From the NCBI GenBank assembly GCA_977017575.1, contig CDRNVI010000040.1, positions 682,001 to 746,000 of the forward strand: 64,000 nucleotides of DNA. The letters run 5' to 3'. Made by a program: the position numbers and the translations under genes. Position 1 is the first letter of the stretch, and the number at the start of each line of letters is the position of its first letter. Below are positions 41,467-52,979 of the stretch, piece by piece. Below the pieces are notes generated by a model. The model was given only the letters and a program-made list of their open reading frames with translations. It searched no databases and was not told the DNA's origin. The stretch comes from Paramoeba atlantica. Its lineage: Eukaryota > Protista > Discosea.

Positions 41467-41752
41467 GGCGGCCTCACTCTAAGAGGCTGGGCTGAGAACC
41501 GTCTAGGCCCAGTACTCGGAGGACCGTCCCGGACCCTCCCCTCAGTGAACCAGCTCCCTTACCCGTCTTACACCTCTTGAGTAAGCCGTGTTGACGTACA
41601 GTTCGTCGACGCAGCGTGTTGGCAACAGCATGTTGGTGCCGCCTTGGAAAAGCGGAAACTGGTAGAGGACGTCAGTCTCGGAACTTCCAAATCTGTCTGT
41701 GAAGGGTCTGGCTTGCCAGTGACCATCCGGAGCAATCCGGAATGATTTGGAT
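41467..41752 (+). mobile_element. SINE family A, headless copy
   Basis: Near-identical to the body of 42310-42680. Confidence 0.8.
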
Positions 41753-42309
41753 TTCTTTTTTGTGTCAGACGATTTGTCATACGACACTATTGATGGTGTT
41801 CCCCCTGCCCCCCCCCCCCCCTGGACCCCCCCCTGGACCTCCCCCATGGACCCCCCCATGGACCCCCATGGACCCCCCATTTTTTTCAATTTTTTTTTTC
41901 AGTTTTGGACCACCGGAGCCCACTTTTATATTTCTTTCTTCTATTATATTACTGTGCTCCTCTTTACATTTTCACTGTTTTTGTTCCCTTTTTTTTCAAT
42001 TAGGCTCTTCGTTAAACGCGGTGGTTGTTTTCAACTTAGAAGTCACTCATGCTGCACTCTTCGCGTTGAAAACCACCACCGCGTTTAACGAAGAGACTAA
42101 AAAAGAAAATTTAGCCTGGAAAACGAAAAGATTATAGCCAAAAATAGCCGAATATCGGGTAAAAATGGGGTGATTTTCGCGCATTTTTGCTCTCAGAGCA
42201 CTAAATCCGACATTTGCGCGTGGGAAATCACTCGTAGGCATGAATGGAAGCCTACCGAACGTATTGGGTAGAGAATGCGACTCCAACCATACCATTCTTT
42301 CGACACGGC

Positions 42310-42680
42310 GGAGGTGGCGGAGTGGCAAGAATTCAAAGTTTGAAGCACATGGTGCTCAGACGGCGAGTTCAAACCCACTCATCGCAATATTCCCGGCGGC
42401 CTCACTCTAAGAGGCTGGGCTGAGAACCGTCTAGGCCCAGTACTCAGAGGACCGTCCCGGACCCTCCCCTCAGTGAACCAGCTCCCTTACCCGTCTTACA
42501 CCTCTTGAGTAAGCCGTGTTGACGTACAGTTCGTCGACGCAGCGTGTTGGCAACATCACGTTGGTGCCGCCTTGGACAAGCGGAAACTGGTAGAGGACGT
42601 CGGGCTCGGAACTTCCAAATCTGTCTGTGAAGGGTCTGGCTTGCCAGTGACCATCCGGAGCAATCGGGAATGATTTGGAT
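42310..42680 (+). mobile_element. tRNA(Ser/Leu-class)-derived SINE family A, near full length
   Basis: A-box TGGCGGAGTGG, B-box GAGTTCAAACCC, TT-TGA-AG loop, then a conserved ~290-bp body ending GGAATGATTTGGAT. Confidence 0.8.
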
Positions 42681-43149
42681 ATTTTTTTTCTTTCGACACA
42701 AAAATGCCCCTTTAGGTCCGAAAAATACTTTTTCACCTTTTTTAGTCAAAAATGGGTTATCAAGTCGCCAAGTTGAATTTTGTTTCAAAACTTTTTTTCC
42801 GAAAAAATCCGAACTTGGCGGACCCGTCCTGCGGATACGCGGGGGGGTCACCCCCGGGTAGGGGGGTGGAAAATGCGCGCCAAGGCCCCGGCTACCTTTT
42901 CTGCGGTTCTTTTTCGAAATCTAATTTTTTCGAAAACATTTGCTCGACCATGACCCCCCCTGGACCCCCCCCATGGACCCCCCATTTTTTTCATTTTTTT
43001 TTTCAGTTTTGGACCACCGGAGCCCCTTTTATATTTTTTCCTTCTATTATATTACTGTGTACCTCTTTATATTTTCACTGTTTTTGTTCACTTTTTTTTC
43101 AATAATCGAGTGTAGAGCGGTAGTTTTACAACCACCGCAATAAGAAGCG

Positions 43150-43700
43150 CAGTTAATTAGCCCGTCTTGGGTGAAACAGATTCCGTTGGGCAATAAGAGC
43201 CCACCAAAGATTGAACGTCTAGTTCTTCTTCCACTTCAATTAAATCAGAATCATTGGTTTCCTCCTCTGGTTCAGAAGAAACGAAACTGAATAGCTCATG
43301 GCGACTTGAACATGCTTGATTAATGTTGGTGTCAATCAAGGTCGAAGTGTTAATACCACATTTCTGCGAAAGGCGACTGTGGCCTTTACTTGCTTTGATG
43401 AAGACATCCACTCGTAGGCTTTTGCAACTGCATCTAGAAGTCGCTCTTTTGACATGCGGGCACCAAGAGACTTCGCATCCCCTACCCTCTCACCTTGATA
43501 ACGCTTTTCTCTGCAATACTTGAATATCGCACGTGTTCGTTGATAGCGTATCTGGGGCTTGAGTCGATTAAAAACCCCGACGTCGCACGGTTGAAGCCTT
43601 CCGGTGCACCGAGCAGGAACATAAAAAATTCGCATCCAATAAAATTCATCGCCATGACGACACTTTTCCAATATGAGAGTCTTTGTTGATTCCGAGAATA
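43150..43700 (-). pseudogene. pogo-family (DDE_1) transposase C-terminal fragment
   Basis: FYVPARCTGRLQPCDVGVFNRLK...LLDAVAKAY; acidic tail EEETNDSDLIEVEEELD. Confidence 0.75.
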
Positions 43701-44400
43701 CACAAAAGTGACGACATACAGTATAGGTACTTAGGTAATGCAATAAACCCCGAAGATAACTTATCAACCCCAAGGGACCGGATTAGACTTGGGTGGTATA
43801 CTATGCACAGGCTGCGTCCAGTTTGGAACTCACCTCTTTCAATTCTGTGCCGCACTCGTATATTTCAAACTTTAGTTATGCCAGTTATTTCCTATGGTTG
43901 TAGCACGTGGAAGATCTAGACCTCCGATTTACTGAAAATGGACACTGAAATTTCTAAAATGAGACGAATAGTGTGCTGCGTACATAAATACTGGGACGGT
44001 CAACGAAGCATGCGTCTTGAATCATTGTATCAGGGAGAAAACAATCTCAGTACAGTCTCCAAATGTCAGCGAGCAAGTTTAATAAGGCATTTAGTACGAC
44101 ATTCACCAGTTTTCTGTAATATAATGTCATGGTGCGATGATGATTCCAGTAAAAATAGATCAGTCTCCGAATTATGTGCGGAAGATCTCAATTTAAGTAC
44201 AGCAGAGATTCTGTATTATCCAGTAAGTCGAACGTCATGGGCAAAGAAAGTTGATCAACTTCGCGATCGGTTGGAGCCAAGACCTTCATACACACAGTTC
44301 AATAAATCTGGATGGGAAACAAAAATTTCTGCAATCACTAACACCAAAGTGTCACAATTCGTAGAAGAAGGTCCAAAACCATACGCTCGGCGTCAAGGTG
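43700..44400 (+). pseudogene. RTE-type LINE post-RT C-terminal fragment (third lineage)
   Basis: YRYLG, LRPVWNSPLSILCRTRIFQTLVMPVISYGCSTW; one in-frame stop at 43917-43919. Confidence 0.75.
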
Positions 44401-44529
44401 AATTGAGGGAGATACTACTCCCTCTCTACCGTAGGTTAATTCGCCGTGCCCGATTTCGTGCCCGATTTGTGGCCCGATTTCATGCCCGATATCGTTTCAG
44501 GTGAGTTTTCGAAAAAAATATTTACAAAG

Positions 44530-46240
44530 ACGTATGAATCAAATTTAGAGACAAGATTACTAGTTTTTCAACAATTCCGATGGGTACCCCCTGTCCCCCC
44601 CCACCAGGGTGATCATAGCAAGTTTTGAAATATTGCAAAAAAAAACTAAAAATTTATGGGTGAAAGCGAAAAAACATATTTTTCCCAAATCAACTCCTAA
44701 ACCGTTTTTTGAGAGTTTGTGGCCTTCTATACCTGTATACTCTTTGATTTCATTCGATATTTCTCCACCTTGTTCCGATAATACACCTACATAGTCCAAA
44801 ATTTACCCGGAAGTGTGTGACACGCAAGGCCGATGAGGAAGGAGGAGGTGCAAGGAAAAAAGGCAGACGTATGAATCGAATTGAGTGACAAGATCACTAG
44901 TTTTTCAACAATTCCGATGGGTACCCCCTGCCCCCCCCCCTCTCCCCACCAGGGTGATCATAGCAAGTTTTGAAATATTGCAAACAAAAACTAAAAATTT
45001 ATGGGTCAAAGCGAAAGTATTTTTCCCAAATCAACTCCTAAACCGTTTTTTGGGAGTTTGGGGCCTGATATACGTTTATACGCTTTGGTTTCATTCGATA
45101 TTTCTCCACCCTGTGCCGATAATACACCTAAATAGTCCAAAATTTACCCGGAAGTGTGTGACACGCAAGGCCGTAGAGGAAGGAGGAGGCGCAAGGCAAA
45201 AAGGCAGACGTGCAAATCGAATTGAGTGACAAGATCACTAGTTTTTCAACAATTCCGATGAGTATCCCCTGCCCCCCCCTCCCCACCAGGGTGATCATAG
45301 CAACTTTTGAAATTTTGAAAAAATAACTGAAAATTTATGGGTCAAAGCGAAAAAACATATTTTTCCCAAATCAACTCCTAAACCGTTTTTTGAGAGTTTG
45401 GGGCCTGATATACGTGTATACGCTTTGGTTTCATTCGATATTTCTCCACCTTGTTCCGATAATACACCTACATAGTCCAAAATTTACCCGGAAGTGTGTG
45501 ACACGCAAGGCCGATGAGGAAGGAGGAGGTGCAAGGAAAAAAGGCAGACGTATGAATCGAATTGAGTGACAAGATCACTAGTTTTTCAACAATTCCGATG
45601 GGTACCCCCTGCCCCCCCCCCTCTCCCCACCAGGGTGATCATAGCAAGTTTTGAAATATTGCAAACAAAAACTAAAAATTTATGGGTCAAAGCGAAAGTA
45701 TTTTTCCCAAATCAACTCCTAAACCGTTTTTTGGGAGTTTGGGGCCTGATATACGTTTATACGCTTTGGTTTCATTCGATATTTCTCCACCCTGTGCCGA
45801 TAATACACCTAAATAGTCCAAAATTTACCCGGAAGTGTGTGACACGCAAGGCCGTAGAGGAAGGAGGAGGCGCAAGGCAAAAAGGCAGACGTGCAAATCG
45901 AATTGAGTGACAAGATCACTAGTTTTTCAACAATTCCGATGAGTATTCCCTGCCCCCCCCTCCCCACCAGGGTGATCATAGCAACTTTTGAAATTTTGAA
46001 AAAATAACTAAAAATTTATGGGTGAAAGCGAAAAAACATATTTTTCCCAAATCAACTCCTAAACCGTTTTTTGAGAGTTTGGGGCCTGATATACGTGTAT
46101 ACGCTTTGGTTTCATTCGATATTTCTCCACCCTGTTCTGGTAATACACCTAAAAAGTCCAGAATTTACCCGGAAGTGTGTGACACGCAAGGCCGTAGGGG
46201 AAGGAGGAGGCGCAAGGCAAAAAGGCAGAAGGCGGAGTCT
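44530..46240 (+). repeat. Tandem satellite of five 340/341-bp monomers arranged as a 681-bp dimeric higher-order repeat
   Basis: TTGAGTGACAAG at 44881, 45222, 45562 and 45903; alternating diagnostic variants; ORFs 44885 and 45566 translate identically. Confidence 0.93.
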
Positions 46241-46444
46241 TCTGTCTTTTTGCCGCGGCGACGACGACTTCCTTGCGTGGGAAACAGTAAATCGCCATAG
46301 GGAGCATGTTCGGATGGCTATGTAATCCAGGCTAAAGTGGACGAGGGAGATACTAAAGGCACCTTTGGAAAGCCGCCTCGAAACTGGAACGGTATCTCCC
46401 GATTTGTAGAGCATTCTGATGTGGCAAAAGGGTCTTTAACAGGG

Positions 46445-46792
46445 TCAAAGTTTGAAGCACATGGTGCTCAGACGGCGAGTTCAAACCCGCTCATCGCAAT
46501 ATTCCCGGCGGCCTCACTCTAAGAGGCTGGGCTGATAACCGACTAGGCCCAGTACTCGGAAGACCGTCCCGGACCCTCCCCTCAGTGAACCAGCTCCCTT
46601 ACCCGTCTTACACCTCTTGAGTAAGCCGTGTTGACGTACAGTTCGTCGACGCAGCGTGTTGGTAACAGCACGTTGGTGCCGCCTTAGGCAAGCGGAAACT
46701 GGTAGAGGACGTCGGGCTCGGAACTTCCAAATCTGTCTGTGAAGGGCCTGGCTTGCCAGTGACCATCCGGAGCAATCGGGAATGATTTGGAT
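46445..46792 (+). mobile_element. SINE family A copy, 5'-truncated head
   Basis: Begins TCAAAGTTTGAAGCAC; full body. Confidence 0.8.
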
Positions 46793-47046
46793 ATCAAAGA
46801 TGTGGCTGCAGCTGCGGGGTCGTTGGTGGATGATGCTTTTTCTAATATGTTAACACTTTCAGAGGCCAGTAGTCTAATGTTTTCTTGGGATATAGACGCG
46901 TCCGAGTAAAATGTGTTATTGCGGTGGTTGTTTACAACCTCTGCCTCTCCCTTCTTTATGCTGTCCGGGGTAGGGCGGATCCAACAGGGTGAGAAAAGGG
47001 TCTACCCCCCCACCTATCCTCGATTTGGGCACAAATCACGGTGCTT

Positions 47047-47147
47047 AAAAACGCGGGTCATGGGACTCGAACCCAGGGATTCCAGTGGGTAACACCTGAC
47101 CTTCATGATCTTGTGATCGCAGGTTCGACTCCCGGGAGGTACATTTT
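47047..47147. pseudogene. Back-to-back tRNA fragments: Met(CAT)-like on + (47083-47143) and a T-arm/acceptor 3' half on - (47047-47078)
   Basis: CAGTGGGTAACAC...TTCATGA...GGTTCGACTCCC then TTTT; reverse strand GGGTTCGAGTCCCATGACCCGCG then TTTTT; stems imperfect. Confidence 0.5.
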
Positions 47148-49772
47148 CAGAATTGAGGGAGATACTACTCCCTCGCTACCCAGTATTAATAAAATTTGGC
47201 CCGAAATTTCGCCCGAAATTTGGCCCGACAAAAAAATTTCGGAAAATGCTTTTTTCGCAAAGAACCAAAGGCAGCACCATAAATAGATAGTTTTAGGAAA
47301 GAAAAACGCACCTTTTGGACGCCTCGAGACCTCCTTCGGAAGCGATTTGCAAAGACCGATTTACCACGCATGCTTTTTTCAACTTGAAGTTTGGGATACG
47401 CAAGACCGTAGAGGAAGGAGGAGGCGCAAGGCAAAAATCAGAAGGCGGAGCCTTCTGCCTTTTTGCCGCAGCGACGACGACTTCCTCGCGTGGAAAGCTG
47501 TAAGGAGTCCTAGGGAACATGTTTTTACTATGTAACCCAGGGTAAAGGGCAAGAGGGAGATACCAACAGTGTAGGTGCGGCAGTTTCCACAGGAAAAATG
47601 GTATCTCCCTTATGGCATGAAGGCGAGCGCCTGAAAAGGTAGAGATGCCGTTTTTCCTGCGGAACCAACAACAACCGCTCGGAGCGAATTTCAATATTGG
47701 CTTTGTTAGGAGATCTTGTTTTACCTTTATCTAGAAGACACGACACGCTTTCTACCATTTCATGCTCGGGATCTTCAACATTGTTCCTGTCGAGCAAAAG
47801 AACTTCTTCAGCTTCGGCTTCTTCAATTGAAATAGGATTCCTTTCGTGGGCTATCAAAGATGTGGCTACAGCTGCGGGGTCATTGGTGGAGGATGCTTTG
47901 GTGGTCGTTGGTGGAGGATTTTTTTTTTTTGGAGGATGCTTTTTCTAATATGTTAACACTTTCAGAGGAGGGACCTATACTAGCCATCTACACCGTTGTT
48001 TTCGCCAGATATCCCTTCTTCAAGACGTGGTATGCCAGCGAAATTGGCCCATTTTTGACTAAAAAAGGTGAAAAAGTATTTTTCGGACTCCAAGGGGCCT
48101 TTTAGTGTGGAAAGAAAAAGGTGTGATTGGAGTTGATTGTAGGTGTGATTGGAGTTAAAGGTGTGATTGGAGTTGTATTCTCCACCCAATACGTTCGGTA
48201 GGCTTTCATTCATGCCTACGAGTAATTTCTCAGGCGCAAATGTCGGATTTAGTGCTCTGAGAGCAAAAATAGCTAAAATGACCCCATTTTTACCTGACAG
48301 TCGGATATTTTTAGCTCCAATCCTTCCGGTTTCTCCTGTTTTTTCAACGCGGAGCGCGCAGCATGAGTGACTTCTAAGTTGAAAGCAAACACCGCGTATA
48401 ACGAAGAGCCTAAAAAAGAATTGGCAGATCGCTCTACAATGCTCAGGTTTGGAAGACCAAGGCGAGGAAGCGAAAGTCCAAAATCCCAATCTGTCTTAAA
48501 TGAATGCTTCGGAACTTTGCCATTCTCAGTTCTTCGTTGCATGAAACATTCTCAGTTCTTCTCATTCTCAGTTCTTCCCATTCTCAGTTCTTCGTTGCAA
48601 AAAATGTTCGAACTCGGCGGACCCATCCTGCGGATACGCAGGGGGGTCACCCCCGGGTAGGGGTGTGGAAAATGCGCGCCAAGACCCCGGCTACCCTTTC
48701 TGCGGTTTTGTTCGAAAACTAATTTTTTCGAAAAAATTTGCTCGAAAAAGAAGTCTGATTTAACCAATGCAGGCAATCCCAATGATTTACAGCGTAGTGA
48801 AAAAAAAGAGCTTTGTTTTTATTTTTATTATACAAACATCCATTAACGAATCGCCAGGCGTGGGAATTCTTCAAGGACCAGTGGAAAATTTGGAGTATAA
48901 AAAAAAAAAGTTCGCTCGACTATGACACCCCCCCTGGATCCCCCCCCCTGGATCCCCCCCTGGACCCCCCATTTTTTTCAAAAATTTTTTTCAATTTTGG
49001 ATCACGGGAGCCCCTTTTATATTTTTTTCTTCTATTATATTACTGTGTTCCTCTTTATATTTTCACTGTTTTTGTTCACTTTTTTTTCAATAATCGAGGA
49101 TAGAGCGGTAGTTATACAACCACCGCAATTTTCTAGGCTCTTCGTTAAACGCGGTGGTTGTTTTCAATTTAGAAAAAAAAATCTATTTAAGATTTTCTAA
49201 ATTTCAATTTAGAAGTCACTCATGCTGCGCTCTTCGCGTTGAAAACTAGCTCCGCGTTTAACGAAGCGCCTAGAAAAGAAAAATTTGACAGGAGAGTAAA
49301 AGAAACCAGAGGGATAATTCTGGGTTTGGTCCAAAAAGGGCCGATAGTTGGGCAAAAATAGGGTTGTTTTTGCATATTTCCGCTCACATGTGTTTTCCTT
49401 CGGTTCGCACGATTTTGAACGTAGCAGGGTGGAGACCTCTTTTTTTGAAAGGCCCTTGAATTCACTCCGGCTTTTGAAGGGGGGCTTTACCTCGTGTAGT
49501 TACTTCTTCGTTTTGATTCATTTGGTTTACGCCAGGGGTGCAGTTAATGCCATGTGGGAACGCTTTTCTGACAGTACGTTGGGTATGCACTAATTGAGTC
49601 ATCAAAAGCATATTTCTTGAATGATCAGGCTAAAAATAGAAGAAGTGATGACTGCAAATGTAGATCTGCTATGTAAATGTAAACATTTTTTTAACAAATT
49701 TAGTTTCAATTGTATTATTTTGGTTTAGAAAATGCGAAGTTACAAATACTTAAAGAGGGTTGAATCATGACT

Positions 49773-50161
49773 TCAAAATTTCAAACCAACTTTCACTTCC
49801 AAACGTCTTCTTACACACTTATTCAGAAATTTAAGTATCTGCTTCTCTTCTTTTTCCCTTTGAAGTAAACGCTCGATGCGCGCTTCGCTTCTTCCGTAGT
49901 GCTAAAACACATGTGCGCCAGTCTCTTTTTTGATACGATTGTTATACAATCGATTTCACCATACGAAGCGGTAATGCTTGGTAAGGTCTTCTTTAGCCGT
50001 AGATGAGGGAAGGTGTTCTATTGTGATTGAGCGCTCGTCACGCTCTTCGCGCGCAGAGCGCAAAACGTGTAGAGATTCTAAGTAATCATCTCTTTTGCGC
50101 TTTGTATCTCTTTCCTTGTCGGAAATGTCGTTACCTTTGATTGATTCTCCTCCGAGGCCAT
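49773..50161 (-). pseudogene. Frameshifted RRM-domain gene fragment
   Basis: RSITIEHLPSSTAKEDLTKHY then, after a +1 shift, SYGEIDCITIVSKKRLAHMCFSTTEEAKRA (RNP2/RNP1 pattern). Confidence 0.55.
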
Positions 50162-50249
50162 AGTAAATTCAAAGAAAGTTTTCAAAGAAATCAAGATGAG
50201 TCTAGAAACATTCAACTTAAAAAGCAATACATGAACGTAGAAGTCTTGT

Positions 50250-50700
50250 TTTTGAAGTGCCTGCCCGGAGGGGCCTTCGAGAGGGCGAAGACTCGCTGCC
50301 GCGGGGGGTGCTTTACCTCGTGACATGTAATTTTGAAGGAAACAAGCTTCTGATATCTTTTTTTGAAGGGCCCGCCCGGAGCGCCCTTCGAGAGGGTATA
50401 GGCGTCTTTTTTTTGGAGAGTGTACAGGCCCACTGCCGCGGGGGGTGCTTTACCTCGTGACATGTAATTTTGAAAGAAACAAGCTTCTGATATCTTTTTT
50501 TTGAAGGGCCCGCCCGGCGGGCCCTTCGAGACGGTGCAGACCAGCTGGCGCGGGGGGTGCTTTACTACGTGGCATATAATTTTGAAGGGACCAAGCATCT
50601 ATATCTTTTTTTTGAAGGGCCCGCCCGGCGGGAGAAGACCCGCTGGCGCGGGGGTGCTTTTGAAGGAAACAAGCTTCTGAAATTTCGATAAAAATAATTT
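50250..50700. repeat. Degenerate tandem array of ~100-135-bp units; related inverted copies at 33800-33955
   Basis: GGGGGTGCTTT...TTTTGAAGGAAACAAGCTTCTGA...GAAGGGCCCGCCCGG repeated four times. Confidence 0.8.
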
Positions 50701-50874
50701 GAAAGCAATTTTGACGAAGCATAATTCTGCAGCTATGATGGAGAACTCTTTTTTTGGTAGAGGGCGCTTGAGCGTTGGGGTCACTCTCACTTCTTCTGCA
50801 CTTGCTTGTGGCCGGTATCAAGCGTGCTTCCCCCTAGAGAGGTCTTCCTAAGAAGATCGTTTCATTCTAATTTC

Positions 50875-51315
50875 TTAGAATTGATAAGTCAAATCGGTAA
50901 GCCGATTTGCTTTTTCCATGGCCGGAAATTTAGGCCTATGATAACCTGAAGTCAGGTGTGTTCCTGGGCGATCTGTGCCCATGCCAGGGAGCACTCGAAT
51001 ATCATCGAGGCATTGTGCCCTGGATTTTGCTACTGTGAGCTTGGCGAGTTCCGGTCTCTTTGGCCACGCCTTATCATTCAAGTCAAGAATAACACCGTTC
51101 TTCACGGTGATACCTTGTACTTTGTGATACGTATAGGCAAATCCCAATTCCACTTTAAAGTTTCCTTGGGAAGCCTTATCATGGTGCTGCTCCTTTTTGG
51201 AGTAAAATTCTACACCTGACCCCTTCTCATTGCATTGCATAAAAGAAGGGGCTTTTCGTAGATAACGAACACCATCAATAGTGTCGTATGACAAATCGTC
51301 TGACACAAAAAAGAA
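50875..51315 (-). pseudogene. Pif1-family (Helitron-type) helicase C-terminal fragment
   Basis: LGFAYTYHKVQGITV...ILDL...LTVAKSRA, equivalent to motifs V and VI. Confidence 0.8.
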
Positions 51316-51688
51316 ATCCAAATCATTCCGGATTGCTCCGGATGGTCACTGGCAAGCCAGACCCTTCACAGACAGATTTGGAAGTTCCGAGCCCGACGTC
51401 CTCTACCAGTTTCCGCTTTTCCAAGGCGGCACCAACGTGCTGTTACCAACACGCTGCGTCGACGAACTGTACGTCAACACGGCTTACTCAAGAGGTGTAA
51501 GACGGGTAAGGGAGCTGGTTCACTGAGGGGAGGGTCCGGGACGGTCCTCCGAGTACTGGGCCTAGACGGTTATCAGCCCAGCCTCTTAGAGTGAGGCCGT
51601 CGGGAATATTGCGATGAGCGGGTTTGAACTCACCGTCTAAGCACCACGTGCTTCAAACTTTGAGCTCTTGCCACTCCGCCACCTCCCC
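51316..51688 (-). mobile_element. SINE family A, full-length copy
   Basis: Reverse complement GGGGAGGTGGCGGAGTGGCAAGAGC...GAGTTCAAACCCGC plus body. Confidence 0.8.
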
Positions 51689-51752
51689 TCCTAGGGGAAA
51701 CTAGACTCCCCTCGGAGAAACTAGACTCCCCTCGGGGAAACTAGTCCCCGAG

Positions 51753-52776
51753 CGGAAATGTGTGTTTCTGCTCGGTGGCCCCGGAACCGGGAAAAATCTA
51801 ATTTCCCGGTTTATAATGCAAGAACTTGGGAGCCAATTATCACCGGTCGAGCAAAAAATTTGACATTTTTTTAATTTGATCCTTCGAGCTCGCAAAAAAA
51901 GTCGGACCAATATTTATGTGGACCACAATTTTTGGTGCCAAATTTTTCGTGCATTGAAACAAAAAAGACATATTTTCCTGGCCTCCCTCGAGGTTTGATG
52001 TCGTTATTAGATTTTTCGTTTTCCAGAAAATGAAGGACCGTACTTTTAGATTGTTTTTGCTTTGTGTGCTACTAGTAGCTTATTAGTAGCTACAATATTA
52101 GCAGCTTATTAGTAGCTTACAATACTTGCAACCTTTCGTGTCACACACAATTCTCAAATTGCTCTAACTTCAGCCTCACTATATGTGTTATAGTGATGAC
52201 CCTACGTGCGTAGAGTAAATCTCTTGATCAAAGATTTTCTGCACCCATTCAACAGACTGAGACATTACACGAAGACTAAAAAAAGAAGTGTCGATCGAAA
52301 GAAGCGAAAATTTCTAATGACGAGTTCTAAATTTAGTAAACTTTGAAAACGACTGACAATAAAGTCAAAAAGTATTTTGGACCGCCGCGGAAGGAAAAAT
52401 AAAGTCGGACTAAAATTTATGTGGACCAAATTTGTTGGGGCCAAATAAAAGTGGACCAAATTTTCTGCTCGACCGGTATATTGCATTCCTTGGGATCGCC
52501 GCATCAGTACTGCACTGTTGCGCAATACACGCTTCCCTCTGCATACCTATAGGGGCTACTTCAAGAAATTTGAAACATCTTTCAAGCAGTAGCCTTCTAC
52601 CATACCAACAAAGGTATCAGAAATGTCAATTAATTATAGTCGACGAAGTGTCAATGATCAGCAAGTGTTTCCTTGCCAGTATCAACACTAGGCTGCAGCA
52701 AATCAAAGGCAATGAGCAGCTTCACTATGGAGGCATCAACATGCTCTTTGTTGGAGATTTGGATTTGGAGCAGTAA
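51753..52776 (+). pseudogene. Pif1-family helicase N-terminal fragment split by a MITE
   Basis: CVFLLGGPGTGK (Walker A, 51759-51794), then after the MITE YIAFLGIAA...AIHASLCIP, LIIVDEVSM, YGGINMLFVGD. Confidence 0.8.
51843..52476. mobile_element. 634-bp MITE (CCGGTCGAGCA ends); uninterrupted form of the 29498-31391 element
   Basis: CCGGTCGAGCAAAAAATTT ... TTTTCTGCTCGACCGG|TA; interior is the reverse complement of 30862-31391 joined to 29498-29572. Confidence 0.85.
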
Positions 52777-52979
52777 ATCCAGCATTCTATGCAAATCGGG
52801 AATCCGAGTGCTCTAGAATTGCCTTGATTTCATATGGTTCAAATGTAGAACCCTTAAAGGGTACTTTTGCATCACAGCGTCGGAAATGCTCCGAGCAAGA
52901 TGTTGCCCGTGTCGGTATACTCATTGAGTAAACTTTCTTTCTGTTCCAGTTGCATCAGGAATGATATGTAGTCCTCCGC

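Larger units (their letters stand above)
38950..42306. repeat. Left arm of ~3.3-kb inverted duplication (partner 56261-59620)
   Basis: Coordinates of matching ORFs sum to about 98568 (41464/57104, 40272/58297, 42306/56261); outer edge fuzzy. Confidence 0.9.

Noticed and set aside
47099-47108. Possible UCA (Sec or UGA-suppressor) anticodon in the tRNA-like fragment
   Set aside because: That register puts a pyrimidine at position 37; the CAT register fits better, the stems are broken, and host genes show no in-frame stops.
47528-47857. 109-aa acidic ORF
   Set aside because: No recognisable motif; partly overlaps a diverged copy of the fold-back arm.
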